From the IMG/VR virus record IMGVR_UViG_3300023283_000212, positions 1 to 46,905 of that record: DNA of 46,905 nt; one strand, 5' to 3'. The DNA comes from a virus (lineage: Duplodnaviria; Caudoviricetes). Below, piece after piece: positions 16,957 through 24,613 of this stretch. The position numbers and the translations under genes were made by a program. The first letter of the stretch is position 1, and each line of letters begins with the position of its first letter. The notes beneath the pieces were generated by a model. The model searched no databases, was not told the DNA's origin, and was given only the letters and a program-made list of their open reading frames with translations.

Positions 16957-16970
16957 CTTGGTCGTTATGC
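16951..16970 (-). other. Terminal simple site N, candidate attI-like insertion point
   Basis: GGATAAC-TTGGTC-GTTATGC: two inverted cores 6 nt apart. It sits at the array end that is 5' in attC orientation. Confidence 0.6.
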
Positions 16971-17605
16971 CGCAAGTTGCCGAGGTTGCTGAGCGAGTTG
17001 CCAAGCTATGGACGGCAGTTTCCAAGCGGAGTTTTGTTATGCCGCAAGTTGCCGAGGTTGCTAAGCGAGTTGCCAAGCTATGGATGGCAGTTGCCAAGCG
17101 GAGTTTTGGTGGACGGAAAAAAGTGAGCAGGCGAGGCGTAACTACCTGAAAGAGTCCCAGCTTACGGCCGCCGAGATCGAGCTGTTGGTGATCTTGGGGG
17201 GCTGTGGAAAAGTTGTCCGCAGAGACGGCAACTGGCTGGTTGCCAAGGTTGCCAAGCGTGAGTTTGCCGGCCGGGGATTCGCGGCCGAAACGCTCCGCAA
17301 GGCGGCTGTCCGACTGTCCGAGTCCGAGTCCGCGCTGGTCCGAATCGAGCCGGGAAAAGGCGGAAAACCCAGCGTTTATTGGGTTGATTGCGGCCGCCTG
17401 TCCGAGTTGTCCGAGCTGCCGCGAGCGAGTTTCGCCGGCGGGAAAAAATTTCCGCCGCCGGAGCTTGGCAACTCGCTTGGCAACCTTGGCAACTCGCTAC
17501 CCCGTGTAAAAGAAACAAGCGCATTACGCCGTGCATCCGTGAACCGTGAACCGTGCGCTCGTGCGGGAGCAAGCCGCGTGCCGGTTGCCGAGCCGGTTGC
17601 CAAGA
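16964..17605. repeat. GTTGCC(A/G)AG iteron-like repeats and a 72-bp duplication; putative replication origin
   Basis: Many direct copies in 16976-17256 and 17584-17604. Inverted copies CTTGGCAAC at 17464, 17476 and 17485 lie inside the rep-like gene. Confidence 0.6.
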
Positions 17606-17979
17606 TCGACGACATCGACGACATCGACGGCCTCGGGGCGATCCTTAGATCGGATCGCCCCTGGTCGGATCTCCGCGACTGGCACGTGAGGACCGGGGAC
17701 CTGAGGCTCGCCCGACTACTGTACGCACACAGTGGGCAGACGGGGCAACTGGCAGAGCAGGGATACGCGAAGCTGTTCCTGGCGCAGTTTCACCACTGCG
17801 CAAATCTGCGGAAGGCGCACATACGCGATCCGAACCGCAGCGACGGGCAGGGGGGACGCCACAACGCGGCGGCGATCCTGGCGTCGCTCGTACGCAGCGG
17901 CCGGCGAGATGTGATCCAAAACGCCTCCTGGGAGTGGGCCGAATCGCAACTGCGCCGCCGGCAGCCGGTCGAAGATTGA
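17080..17979 (+). CDS. Putative replication initiator (winged-helix-like N-terminus, internal iterons)
   Basis: wHTH-like 'AETLRKAAVRLSES...VRIEPGKGGKPSVYWVD' followed by a low-complexity repeat-bearing linker, as in lambda O-like initiators. Confidence 0.5.
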   Translation: MDGSCQAEFWWTEKSEQARRNYLKESQLTAAEIELLVILGGCGKVVRRDGNWLVAKVAKREFAGRGFAAETLRKAAVRLSESESALVRIEPGKGGKPSVYWVDCGRLSELSELPRASFAGGKKFPPPELGNSLGNLGNSLPRVKETSALRRASVNREPCARAGASRVPVAEPVAKIDDIDDIDGLGAILRSDRPWSDLRDWHVRTGDLRLARLLYAHSGQTGQLAEQGYAKLFLAQFHHCANLRKAHIRDPNRSDGQGGRHNAAAILASLVRSGRRDVIQNASWEWAESQLRRRQPVED

Positions 17980-18039
17980 TTTGTGCCGAGACCAGGGCCG
18001 CCACGTGCGAACGAACAGCGTGAATCGGCGTCGGTCCAA

Positions 18040-18390
18040 CGCCTGGTTAGCCAGCTTTTTGGCGCGGCTCGCGGTGTCGAGTTACGCATCGGTCAGCAGC
18101 GGTGCTTCTTCTGCCTGGCGCCGTGCGGCGAATCGAATGTGGCCGCGAAGCACGTCAAGAGGTCGTTCACCAGCCGTGACACCGTGGGCGGCGATGAACG
18201 AAAAAGCGACCGTCACAATGGCGGACGGCGAAGTCCGCGAGAATCAAAAGGTCAGATCGTATTCGTGGCTGATCGCCAACGGCAACGCGATCGCGGCCGT
18301 GTGTCTCACAGCCGCGAGCAGATCGTCGTGACGCTCGAAGGCGATCCGATCACCTGCACGCCGGCCGAACTTCGCGGCCGGCTGAGTCAG
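18040..18390 (+). pseudogene. csf1: Fragmented type IV CRISPR Csf1 (Cas8-like) relic
   Basis: Three pieces in alternating frames: VSQLF...CFFCLAPC...KRSFTSRDTV / AMNEKATVTMADGEVRENQKVRSYSW / RGRVSHSREQIVVTLEGDPI...ELRGRL. Resemblance is from memory. Confidence 0.45.
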
Positions 18391-18541
18391 ATTCCGCCGG
18401 GCGATACTCATTTAATAGCTGTAATGCCTCAGTCAATTCGCGCTGATGCGCCTTGAGCAGGGCGGCCACTCGCCGCAGTCTCTCCACCTCGCGTTGCAGC
18501 AATTCGTTTTGGTGTGCGAGCTGTTTCTGTTTTGTTTTCAT
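18350..18541 (-). CDS. Small coiled-coil protein
   Basis: MKTKQKQLAHQNELLQREVERL...; purine-rich GAGGAG leader. Confidence 0.65.
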   Translation of the reverse strand: MKTKQKQLAHQNELLQREVERLRRVAALLKAHQRELTEALQLLNEYRPAESDSAGREVRPACR

Positions 18542-18571
18542 CTCTCTGTCTCTCTCCTCGCTAGTGGTTGT

Positions 18572-18597
18572 GCCGGCTGTTGGTGGGCCGCCGGCTT
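18572..18597 (-). repeat. 26-bp leader element repeated at 19148-19173
   Basis: GCCGGCTGTTGGTGGGCCGCCGGCTT is identical upstream of both leftward genes. Confidence 0.85.
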
Positions 18598-18686
18598 CGC
18601 CCGGTGGAGCATTCCGCGTGCTCCGTGCGGCCCCCCTGTGAGCGAGGCCGGCGGCGGGGGGCGGACCGCCGGCGAGAGAGTCTGTG

Positions 18687-19124
18687 TTACGTGGGGCCCA
18701 TCGGTTCCTCATGCCGCCGCAGCAGGTCCACCCGGATCTGCTGCCGGGTACCGGAGTAGTCCGGCCACCCGTCTGTGTGCCCCGACGGCGTGGCGGATCG
18801 CCTCGCGGCATAAAACTCGCGGTCGTATTCCTGTCGTGCTCGCGTCGGCGCGAGCGGCGGGGGGCCGTCGTGGAGCTGGTGCACGACGGCTACGGCGGAG
18901 GCGTGGACTCTAACGTCCACCCCCAACGTTTTTGCGTCGGCCCAGTCGGTGACCGCCTCCCCGGGCTCTCCCGGGAACTCAACCGTGAATGTTTCGCTTT
19001 TCCCGCCGACCCGTGACGCGAATATTTGGGGCGTCATGCCCTTTTCAAATAAGTACGTAATTCCGTCTGCGCCAATGCCCCATCCTAGCGGACGCGGACG
19101 CGGAAACTCTTCTGCGAATGTCAT
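18687..19124 (-). CDS. Hypothetical protein
   Basis: MTFAEEFPRPRPLGWG...; GAGGAGAGGGAG RBS; downstream of the leftward promoter. Confidence 0.65.
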   Translation of the reverse strand: MTFAEEFPRPRPLGWGIGADGITYLFEKGMTPQIFASRVGGKSETFTVEFPGEPGEAVTDWADAKTLGVDVRVHASAVAVVHQLHDGPPPLAPTRARQEYDREFYAARRSATPSGHTDGWPDYSGTRQQIRVDLLRRHEEPMGPT

Positions 19125-19193
19125 CTCCCTCTCCTCATCTGAGTGTCGCCGGCTGTTGGTGGGCCGCCGGCTTTGCCCTCGTCGCCTGACTCC

Positions 19194-19221
19194 ATTGTAT
19201 CTTTCGTGCAGCGAAATGCAA
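19194..19221 (-). promoter_or_regulatory. Leftward sigma70-like promoter
   Basis: TTGCAT-16 nt-TACAAT on the minus strand. Confidence 0.6.
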
Positions 19222-19254
19222 CGAAAAAAAGGCCGCTGGGGAAAATTATTTCGC

Positions 19255-19283
19255 TGGACGTAATCTATTGCGCGTGCTATACT
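19255..19283 (+). promoter_or_regulatory. Rightward extended -10 promoter giving a probable leaderless mRNA
   Basis: TGGACG-17 nt-TATACT with a TGn extension. ATG 19291 lies 7 nt downstream with no RBS. Confidence 0.6.
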
Positions 19284-19290
19284 TGCGCGC

Positions 19291-19494
19291 ATGAGCGCGA
19301 AACCACCCAAAAAAAAACGGCAGCGGAAGCTCGGCCGGCCGAGCCGGACGGGCAGGCCGACGCAGACGATCGGAGTGCGACTCGCGCGCAGCGAGCTGCG
19401 CGCCATCGACGCGGCGGCGAAGGAGGTGGGCCTCACCCGCTCGGAGTTCGTGCGGCGGGCGGCCGCGCGGGCGGCCGCTAAGGTGACCCACTAG
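19291..19494 (+). CDS. Ribbon-helix-helix (CopG-like) regulator
   Basis: GRP...TIGVRLARSELRAIDAAAKEVGLTRSEFVRRA. Confidence 0.8.
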   Translation: MSAKPPKKKRQRKLGRPSRTGRPTQTIGVRLARSELRAIDAAAKEVGLTRSEFVRRAAARAAAKVTH

Positions 19495-19792
19495 CAGGGC
19501 CGGCCAGCAGCGGCAGAAGCGTGTCGAGAATCGACTTCGGCGACGGTTACATCCGGAGCTTCTGCATCAGGTCGGAAAAGCAACTGCGGCCGAGGGTCGA
19601 CCAACGGTGGACCTCCTCCACCACGCTTGAGAGGGTGAAGTCCGGCAAATGCAGCCGCAGCGGATAGCTCGGGTCCGGGGCGTCGCGGGCCGCGCGCGCG
19701 AGGCGATGCGGGCGGATTCGGCGGATGCGGTCGGATGCGAATCGCATCCGACCGGGCTTGCGGGCCTCCGGCCGGCCGGCGAACATGAGCGT

Positions 19793-20017
19793 ATGGCAGC
19801 ACGCAGAGTCATTACGGTTCGGATGCCGCCCTGGCTGCACGAGGCACTGCGCGAGGAGGCGCATCGCTCCCGGACCTCGCTCAACTCGCTCTGCATCTCG
19901 AAGCTAGCCAGCTCCCACGGCGGCGGCGATGCGCCGCCCGAATTGCCCCACGGGGCCCCTCCGGCCGGAAAAATTTGCACCGGACCCCCCGTACCGAAGA
20001 CGATGCCGGTACAGTAG
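19793..20017 (+). CDS. Arc/HicB-like ribbon-helix-helix protein
   Basis: RVITVRMPPWLHEALREEAHRSRTSLNSLCISKL. Confidence 0.7.
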   Translation: MAARRVITVRMPPWLHEALREEAHRSRTSLNSLCISKLASSHGGGDAPPELPHGAPPAGKICTGPPVPKTMPVQ

Positions 20018-20088
20018 TTAGCTTCTCTCTCCCGCGCCCAAATCTGGGTGGTAAAAGCGCACGCTCTCGGATATAGCCGCACAATCTC

Positions 20089-20514
20089 TTGTGTGAGCGG
20101 CCCCTCTTGCGAGATCTGCCGAGTGTGCCTCCGACACCCAAACAGCTTCGCTCGCTGTGCCAGATGCGCCGCGACGGCACCCGCCCGGCTGAGATCGCCG
20201 CGCGGCTAAGTGTCAGCGTCACAACGGTTTACCGCTGGATGAGGGCCGCCGAATTGCCGGTCCGGGGCGTCTCGGCGGGCCTTCGCAAAGGCGTCTGCCA
20301 GCAGCTCCGAGCAGGTAAAAGTTACAAGGCGATTGCGAGGCACTACAAAATTTCGCCCGACACCGTGCGGCGAATCGACCGCAGGCGAAACGCCAGAACG
20401 ATCGGGCGGCCGACGTTCAAGCCGACCAACAGGCCGGTCCGCTGCCCCGGCTGCGGCGGGCGAATCAATTTGCTGCCGTGCGTCCTATGCTCCGCGAAAA
20501 ATTCCAGAGCTTGA
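20089..20514 (+). CDS. Double-HTH protein with C-terminal Zn finger (possible late regulator); start uncertain
   Basis: AEIAARLSVSVTTVYRW, KAIARHYKISPDTVRRI and RCPGCGG...PCVLC. Confidence 0.7.
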   Translation: MCERPLLRDLPSVPPTPKQLRSLCQMRRDGTRPAEIAARLSVSVTTVYRWMRAAELPVRGVSAGLRKGVCQQLRAGKSYKAIARHYKISPDTVRRIDRRRNARTIGRPTFKPTNRPVRCPGCGGRINLLPCVLCSAKNSRA

Positions 20515-20714
20515 TTCAGTCGCGGCGTTTCTGGGGGCTCGCCCTCCAGGTGCTCGTCGCCTTCACGTATCACCACCTGCGGCTCGGATCGCCGGAGGCC
20601 TGGATGATCGTCATGGGCCTGGGGTTCTGGGTCCTCGGCGACTCACTGCGGCCGGCGCGCACGGCACTGAAAATCAGCCGCCGTGAAATCCGTCAGGCGC
20701 TCAACATCGAGTAG
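20487..20714 (+). CDS. Holin-like two-TM protein
   Basis: SRRFW, two hydrophobic segments, WVLGDSLR and a basic tail. Confidence 0.6.
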   Translation: MLREKFQSLIQSRRFWGLALQVLVAFTYHHLRLGSPEAWMIVMGLGFWVLGDSLRPARTALKISRREIRQALNIE

Positions 20715-20724
20715 GGATTGACTG

Positions 20725-20892
20725 ATGGGCAGAATCGTCGCTCTTTTGCTCGCGCTGCTGGTGATCTTTTTCGCAGGCTACGCGACCGGATGGCACGAGG
20801 GGCGGGCGAGTATCGGGCCGCCGGCCGAGACGGCGCCGCTTCAGATCGAACGCGGCGACTACGCGCGGAGCGATCACATCCGCAGGTACTGA
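20725..20892 (+). CDS. Small membrane-anchored protein (55 aa)
   Basis: MGRIVALLLALLVIFFAGYATGWHEG...; fills the gap between neighbouring genes. Confidence 0.6.
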   Translation: MGRIVALLLALLVIFFAGYATGWHEGRASIGPPAETAPLQIERGDYARSDHIRRY

Positions 20893-20895
20893 CAC

Positions 20896-21510
20896 GTGGC
20901 ACACCGTTACTCGCGATCGAGCCAGCTACGACCCGGCGACGTGGTCGGATTCGCGTCCCATTCGGCCCTCGATGCGCTGATCAACCTCGCGACCTGGGGC
21001 ATCCCAGGCATTGGGATCTCGCACGTCGCGCTGGTCGCGCCGCACCCGGAGTACGACTACGTCCCGGGGATGCAGGAGCGACTGCTGCTGTTCGAGTCCA
21101 CCACCCGCAACCCGGAGCCGTGCGCGCTCTCCGGGAAGCACGTACAAGGGGTGCAGGCCCACAAGCTCTATCACCGCCTCAAAGACTACCGGGGGGCGGT
21201 GTGGCGCTACCCGCTCAGCACGCCGCTCGACGAGCAGCGGCGCGCGAATCTCAAAACGTACTGCGTCAACCAGCTCGGCCTGCGGTACGACCGGATCGGC
21301 GCGTTCCGATCGCGCGGCCTGACTTTGATCGAGCGCCTGCTGTACCGGCCCGAGGACCTCAGCGCGGTCTTCTGTTCGGAACTGGTCGCCGCGGCCTTGC
21401 GCTACGTCGGGGAGTTCCGCGCGCGGAACGTGAGCTACTGGAACCCCAACCGCCTCTGCCGCGAGCTGGTGCGCCGCGGCGTCTGCCGCCGGCCGGAGAG
21501 GATCGGATGA
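20896..21510 (+). CDS. Permuted papain-like NlpC/P60 (YiiX/YebB-like) enzyme
   Basis: LRPGDVV...SHVALV...GLRYD...FCSELVA (His before Cys). Confidence 0.8.
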   Translation: MAHRYSRSSQLRPGDVVGFASHSALDALINLATWGIPGIGISHVALVAPHPEYDYVPGMQERLLLFESTTRNPEPCALSGKHVQGVQAHKLYHRLKDYRGAVWRYPLSTPLDEQRRANLKTYCVNQLGLRYDRIGAFRSRGLTLIERLLYRPEDLSAVFCSELVAAALRYVGEFRARNVSYWNPNRLCRELVRRGVCRRPERIG

Positions 21511-23261
21511 GGCGGGCCGCCCTGCTGCTTTTGATTTGTGCGACGCCGGCCGCGGCGCAGCCGACCACCCCGCGCTACAGCAGCGCGGGGCTCCGCGAAG
21601 AACTTGTGCGGTCCTTTCTTGCGGTCGGTGCCTACGATGCGGCCGGCAGGCTGTACGCATTGGGCGCCGGGGTCATCGTCGACCGCGAGGCGGAGCACTA
21701 CGTGGCCATCTCGGCGGCGCATATCGCCGACAGCAAGACGCGCGAGCTGCACGTCAAGCCGGTGCACAATCTGCGGCTCGGAGAGCCCGAGGCGCCGGAG
21801 TTCCGCTGCGCGCTGCTCGCGCTGGACCGCGAGAGCGACCTGATGCTGCTGGGCTTTACGGTCGATTCGCCGCGGCCGGTGAAGCTCGCCGTCGCGCCGC
21901 TTGCGGCCGCGCCGCCGGAGCCGGGAGAACCGCTGATTCACCTGGGCCGACCGGCCGTCTACAAGACGATGGAGGTCAAGGTGATGCGTACGGCGGCCGG
22001 CGCGACCGAAAACGGGCAGCTGCACATTACAGGCGACCCGATCAGCGGCGACTCGGGCGGGCCGATCTTCAACGCCCGCGGCGAGGTGGTCGGACTGGTC
22101 ACCGGATATCCGGGGCGGGGCCCCTACGACCGTCACGGACCGGGGCACGGCCCCGGAGTGCCGGCCATCGAGCAGCTTGTGAGCTGCCCCGGGGGGCGCT
22201 GCCCGCTGCCGAACTGGCGCCCGTTTGAAAAATTTCGCAAGCGGTGGCAAGAGCGGCGGGAGCAGTGGCGCCGCGGGCGAGAGCCAGGCGATACACCGCA
22301 AGGCGCGCGGCCTGGCGAGCCGCTCAAGCCGCTGCCAGAAGGCCCTTGGAGCGAGCGCCGCAGAGACCCAGGCGGGATGATCGACGTTCCGCCTCCGAAC
22401 GTTCAGCCGCCGGCGCGCGGGACGCAGCCAGATCCGCCGGCACCTTCCGAAGCGCAACCTGAGCGTGCGGACTCGGTTGAGGACGCGCGACCGGCGGCTT
22501 TTGATCGGCTCGGGCGGCGGCTCGGGCAGTGGGGCGATGCGGCCCTCGATCACCTGCCGCTGCTGCTACTCTTACTCGGAGGGGGCGGCGCCGGAGCACT
22601 GGTGTTGCGGGCCGCCGGCCCGCCGGCGGTGCGCGGCGTGCGGAGGATCTGGGATTGGTCCGGCAGGGTCGGACGGTCGGGCGGGGGCAGCACGCAAGGC
22701 GGCAATGCGACCAAAAGCTCGCGCGAACCGAAAGCCAAGTGCGGCGGCGGCGGGCACGATTCGCCGCAGCCGGCTGCAGAGCAGAGCCCCCAGCGCAAAG
22801 GCGCGCGGCCCGAGCAGCTCGTGAAACTCAAGAGCTTGCCGTCGCCGCCGGACGATTACGCCAAAATGCACTTCCACCACTACGCCTACCGCGATCTCCC
22901 AGGCATGGTGGAGGAGTACAACGCCTATCTCGACGCGCTCGCGGCGCTCGAGCGCGGCGAAATCGAACTCCCGCCGGACGTGGACGGCCGGCAGATTGCC
23001 CGGGAGGTGCGCCGCTACGCACTGCGCGACTTCCGCGTCCACGGGGTGGAGCACATCGAAACGGACCGCAACGAGTATCATAAGGCCCTGTTCGCGCACT
23101 CGGTACGCCGCTGGCTCGATCAGCTTCACCAGGGGACGTTCTCCGGCGAAGGATTCGAGGGGTCCCGCCCCGAAGTCGCCGAACGGATCGAAGACTGGGT
23201 GAACGAGCGTTTTTTTTCCGGGTCTTCCAAGTCGGATCGAGTTGAACCAGTCGCCGCGTAA
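21507..23261 (+). CDS. Secreted/membrane-anchored trypsin-like serine protease with long C-terminal extension
   Basis: Signal peptide; SAAH / DLML / GDSGGP triad; Pro-rich linker; hydrophobic segment LPLLLLLLGGGGAGALVL. Confidence 0.8.
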   Translation: MRRAALLLLICATPAAAQPTTPRYSSAGLREELVRSFLAVGAYDAAGRLYALGAGVIVDREAEHYVAISAAHIADSKTRELHVKPVHNLRLGEPEAPEFRCALLALDRESDLMLLGFTVDSPRPVKLAVAPLAAAPPEPGEPLIHLGRPAVYKTMEVKVMRTAAGATENGQLHITGDPISGDSGGPIFNARGEVVGLVTGYPGRGPYDRHGPGHGPGVPAIEQLVSCPGGRCPLPNWRPFEKFRKRWQERREQWRRGREPGDTPQGARPGEPLKPLPEGPWSERRRDPGGMIDVPPPNVQPPARGTQPDPPAPSEAQPERADSVEDARPAAFDRLGRRLGQWGDAALDHLPLLLLLLGGGGAGALVLRAAGPPAVRGVRRIWDWSGRVGRSGGGSTQGGNATKSSREPKAKCGGGGHDSPQPAAEQSPQRKGARPEQLVKLKSLPSPPDDYAKMHFHHYAYRDLPGMVEEYNAYLDALAALERGEIELPPDVDGRQIAREVRRYALRDFRVHGVEHIETDRNEYHKALFAHSVRRWLDQLHQGTFSGEGFEGSRPEVAERIEDWVNERFFSGSSKSDRVEPVAA

Positions 23262-23279
23262 GGAGTAAGGAGTCTTCGC

Positions 23280-24047
23280 ATGTTCGTCACCGCCGCCGCC
23301 CCCGGAAAGATGAAGCACAGCTACACGGGGCTCCGCCCCGACTTTCCGAACCTGCACATCCACGACATCATCAACGATCCCTACAAGCCGGGGCGACGCG
23401 AGCTCGTCAAGCGGCCGAGTATCGGCACCACGACCAGCGTCGACGACGACCTGTTGACCTACGGGATGGAATTGGTCGACGCGATGGTGGCGAAGATCCG
23501 TCACTACACGCTCGCGCCGCAAATCCCGGCTGAGACGACACTCAAGGACCGCCGCCAGAAGCGCAAAGAATTCATCGCTAGGGCGGTCGCGAAAAATACC
23601 GACATCGAGCAGTTCGCCGCGGAGCTGCAAGCCTCGCACACCGACGAGCAGCTCGAGGCGGCCGAGCTGCGCAACTGGACGATCAGCTTCGATTTCACCG
23701 GGGCCGACCCGAAGTATCCGCAGCCGACGCCTTCGCGGGTGCCCAACGACAAGATCCGCGGTTTCATTGTCGCGCTCGATGCGTTTGTGGTACGCATGAC
23801 CCAGAGCCACTCGGCGCACATGGACCGCGGCATCATCCAGCAGGAGAGCGCCGCCTGGGTCACCGACCTGGCGGATATTCTGACCTACTGGCGGGCCGCG
23901 TTCCCGACGCCGTTCCATCCGACGAACCTCGAGCTCGACGAGCTGGAGCGGGTTTTCAACGCCGACGCATCGCGCGATCCGGCGCAGAACGAGGGGCTGC
24001 CGCCGCAGGGCGACCAGGGGATTCCGCGCGAAGGGTCGCCGACGTAA
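23280..24047 (+). CDS. Hypothetical protein
   Basis: AAGGAG RBS; codon usage typical of the backbone. Confidence 0.75.
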   Translation: MFVTAAAPGKMKHSYTGLRPDFPNLHIHDIINDPYKPGRRELVKRPSIGTTTSVDDDLLTYGMELVDAMVAKIRHYTLAPQIPAETTLKDRRQKRKEFIARAVAKNTDIEQFAAELQASHTDEQLEAAELRNWTISFDFTGADPKYPQPTPSRVPNDKIRGFIVALDAFVVRMTQSHSAHMDRGIIQQESAAWVTDLADILTYWRAAFPTPFHPTNLELDELERVFNADASRDPAQNEGLPPQGDQGIPREGSPT

Positions 24048-24166
24048 GGCCAGCGGCAAACGAGTGGCATCCGAACTCTTGGCGAGTTCGGCTACTGGTA
24101 AACTCTCACCTGCCGCTCGCCTAAAGCCGAGCGGCCATTTCTTTCCCACCTTTCAAGGAGAAGCGC

Positions 24167-24613
24167 GTGGCAAAACAAGACCCGCAAACAATGCAGCTCG
24201 GGTATCACGCCCTCGCCAAGCACACCGCCAAGCTGTGCGACCGCGAAGCGCTCCGACCGGGCCAGCAGCACTACGTCGAGGTGGGGCCGATCGACGTGTT
24301 GGTCGATGGGGACGAGATCGTGCTCCCCGAATTCGAGGGAGTTTTGACGGTCGGCATGGACGCCGTCGCGCCGGTCAACGCGACTGCGCAGCCGGCGAGG
24401 CTCTTCGCGATGATCATCTTCGGCCTGCTCCCCGAGACCAAGCGCAGCGCGGTGCTCGAGACCTGGCCCGAGGCGTTCGTGCGCGGAGCGCTGCAGGAGC
24501 CGTCCGCCGAGAACGTGAAGCGCATCAGCGACTGGCTGAAGCGCTTCAACTACCAGTCGGGCACGAAGCCCCGCAAGGGATCCGTTACGTTCGCTCCGGA
24601 GGTCGCAGCTTGA
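24167..24613 (+). CDS. Hypothetical protein
   Basis: AAGGAG RBS, GTG start. Confidence 0.75.
   Translation: MAKQDPQTMQLGYHALAKHTAKLCDREALRPGQQHYVEVGPIDVLVDGDEIVLPEFEGVLTVGMDAVAPVNATAQPARLFAMIIFGLLPETKRSAVLETWPEAFVRGALQEPSAENVKRISDWLKRFNYQSGTKPRKGSVTFAPEVAA

Larger units (their letters stand above)
10614..16970 (-). mobile_element. Integron-like cassette array without integron integrase; att sites oriented opposite to the genes
   Basis: 10 attC-like hairpins and 4 simple sites delimit the accessory genes. The region is visibly lower in GC than its flanks. Confidence 0.85.

Noticed and set aside
15249-17175. DGR template/variable repeat pair
   Set aside because: No reverse transcriptase was seen, and the differences are deletions rather than adenine-specific substitutions.
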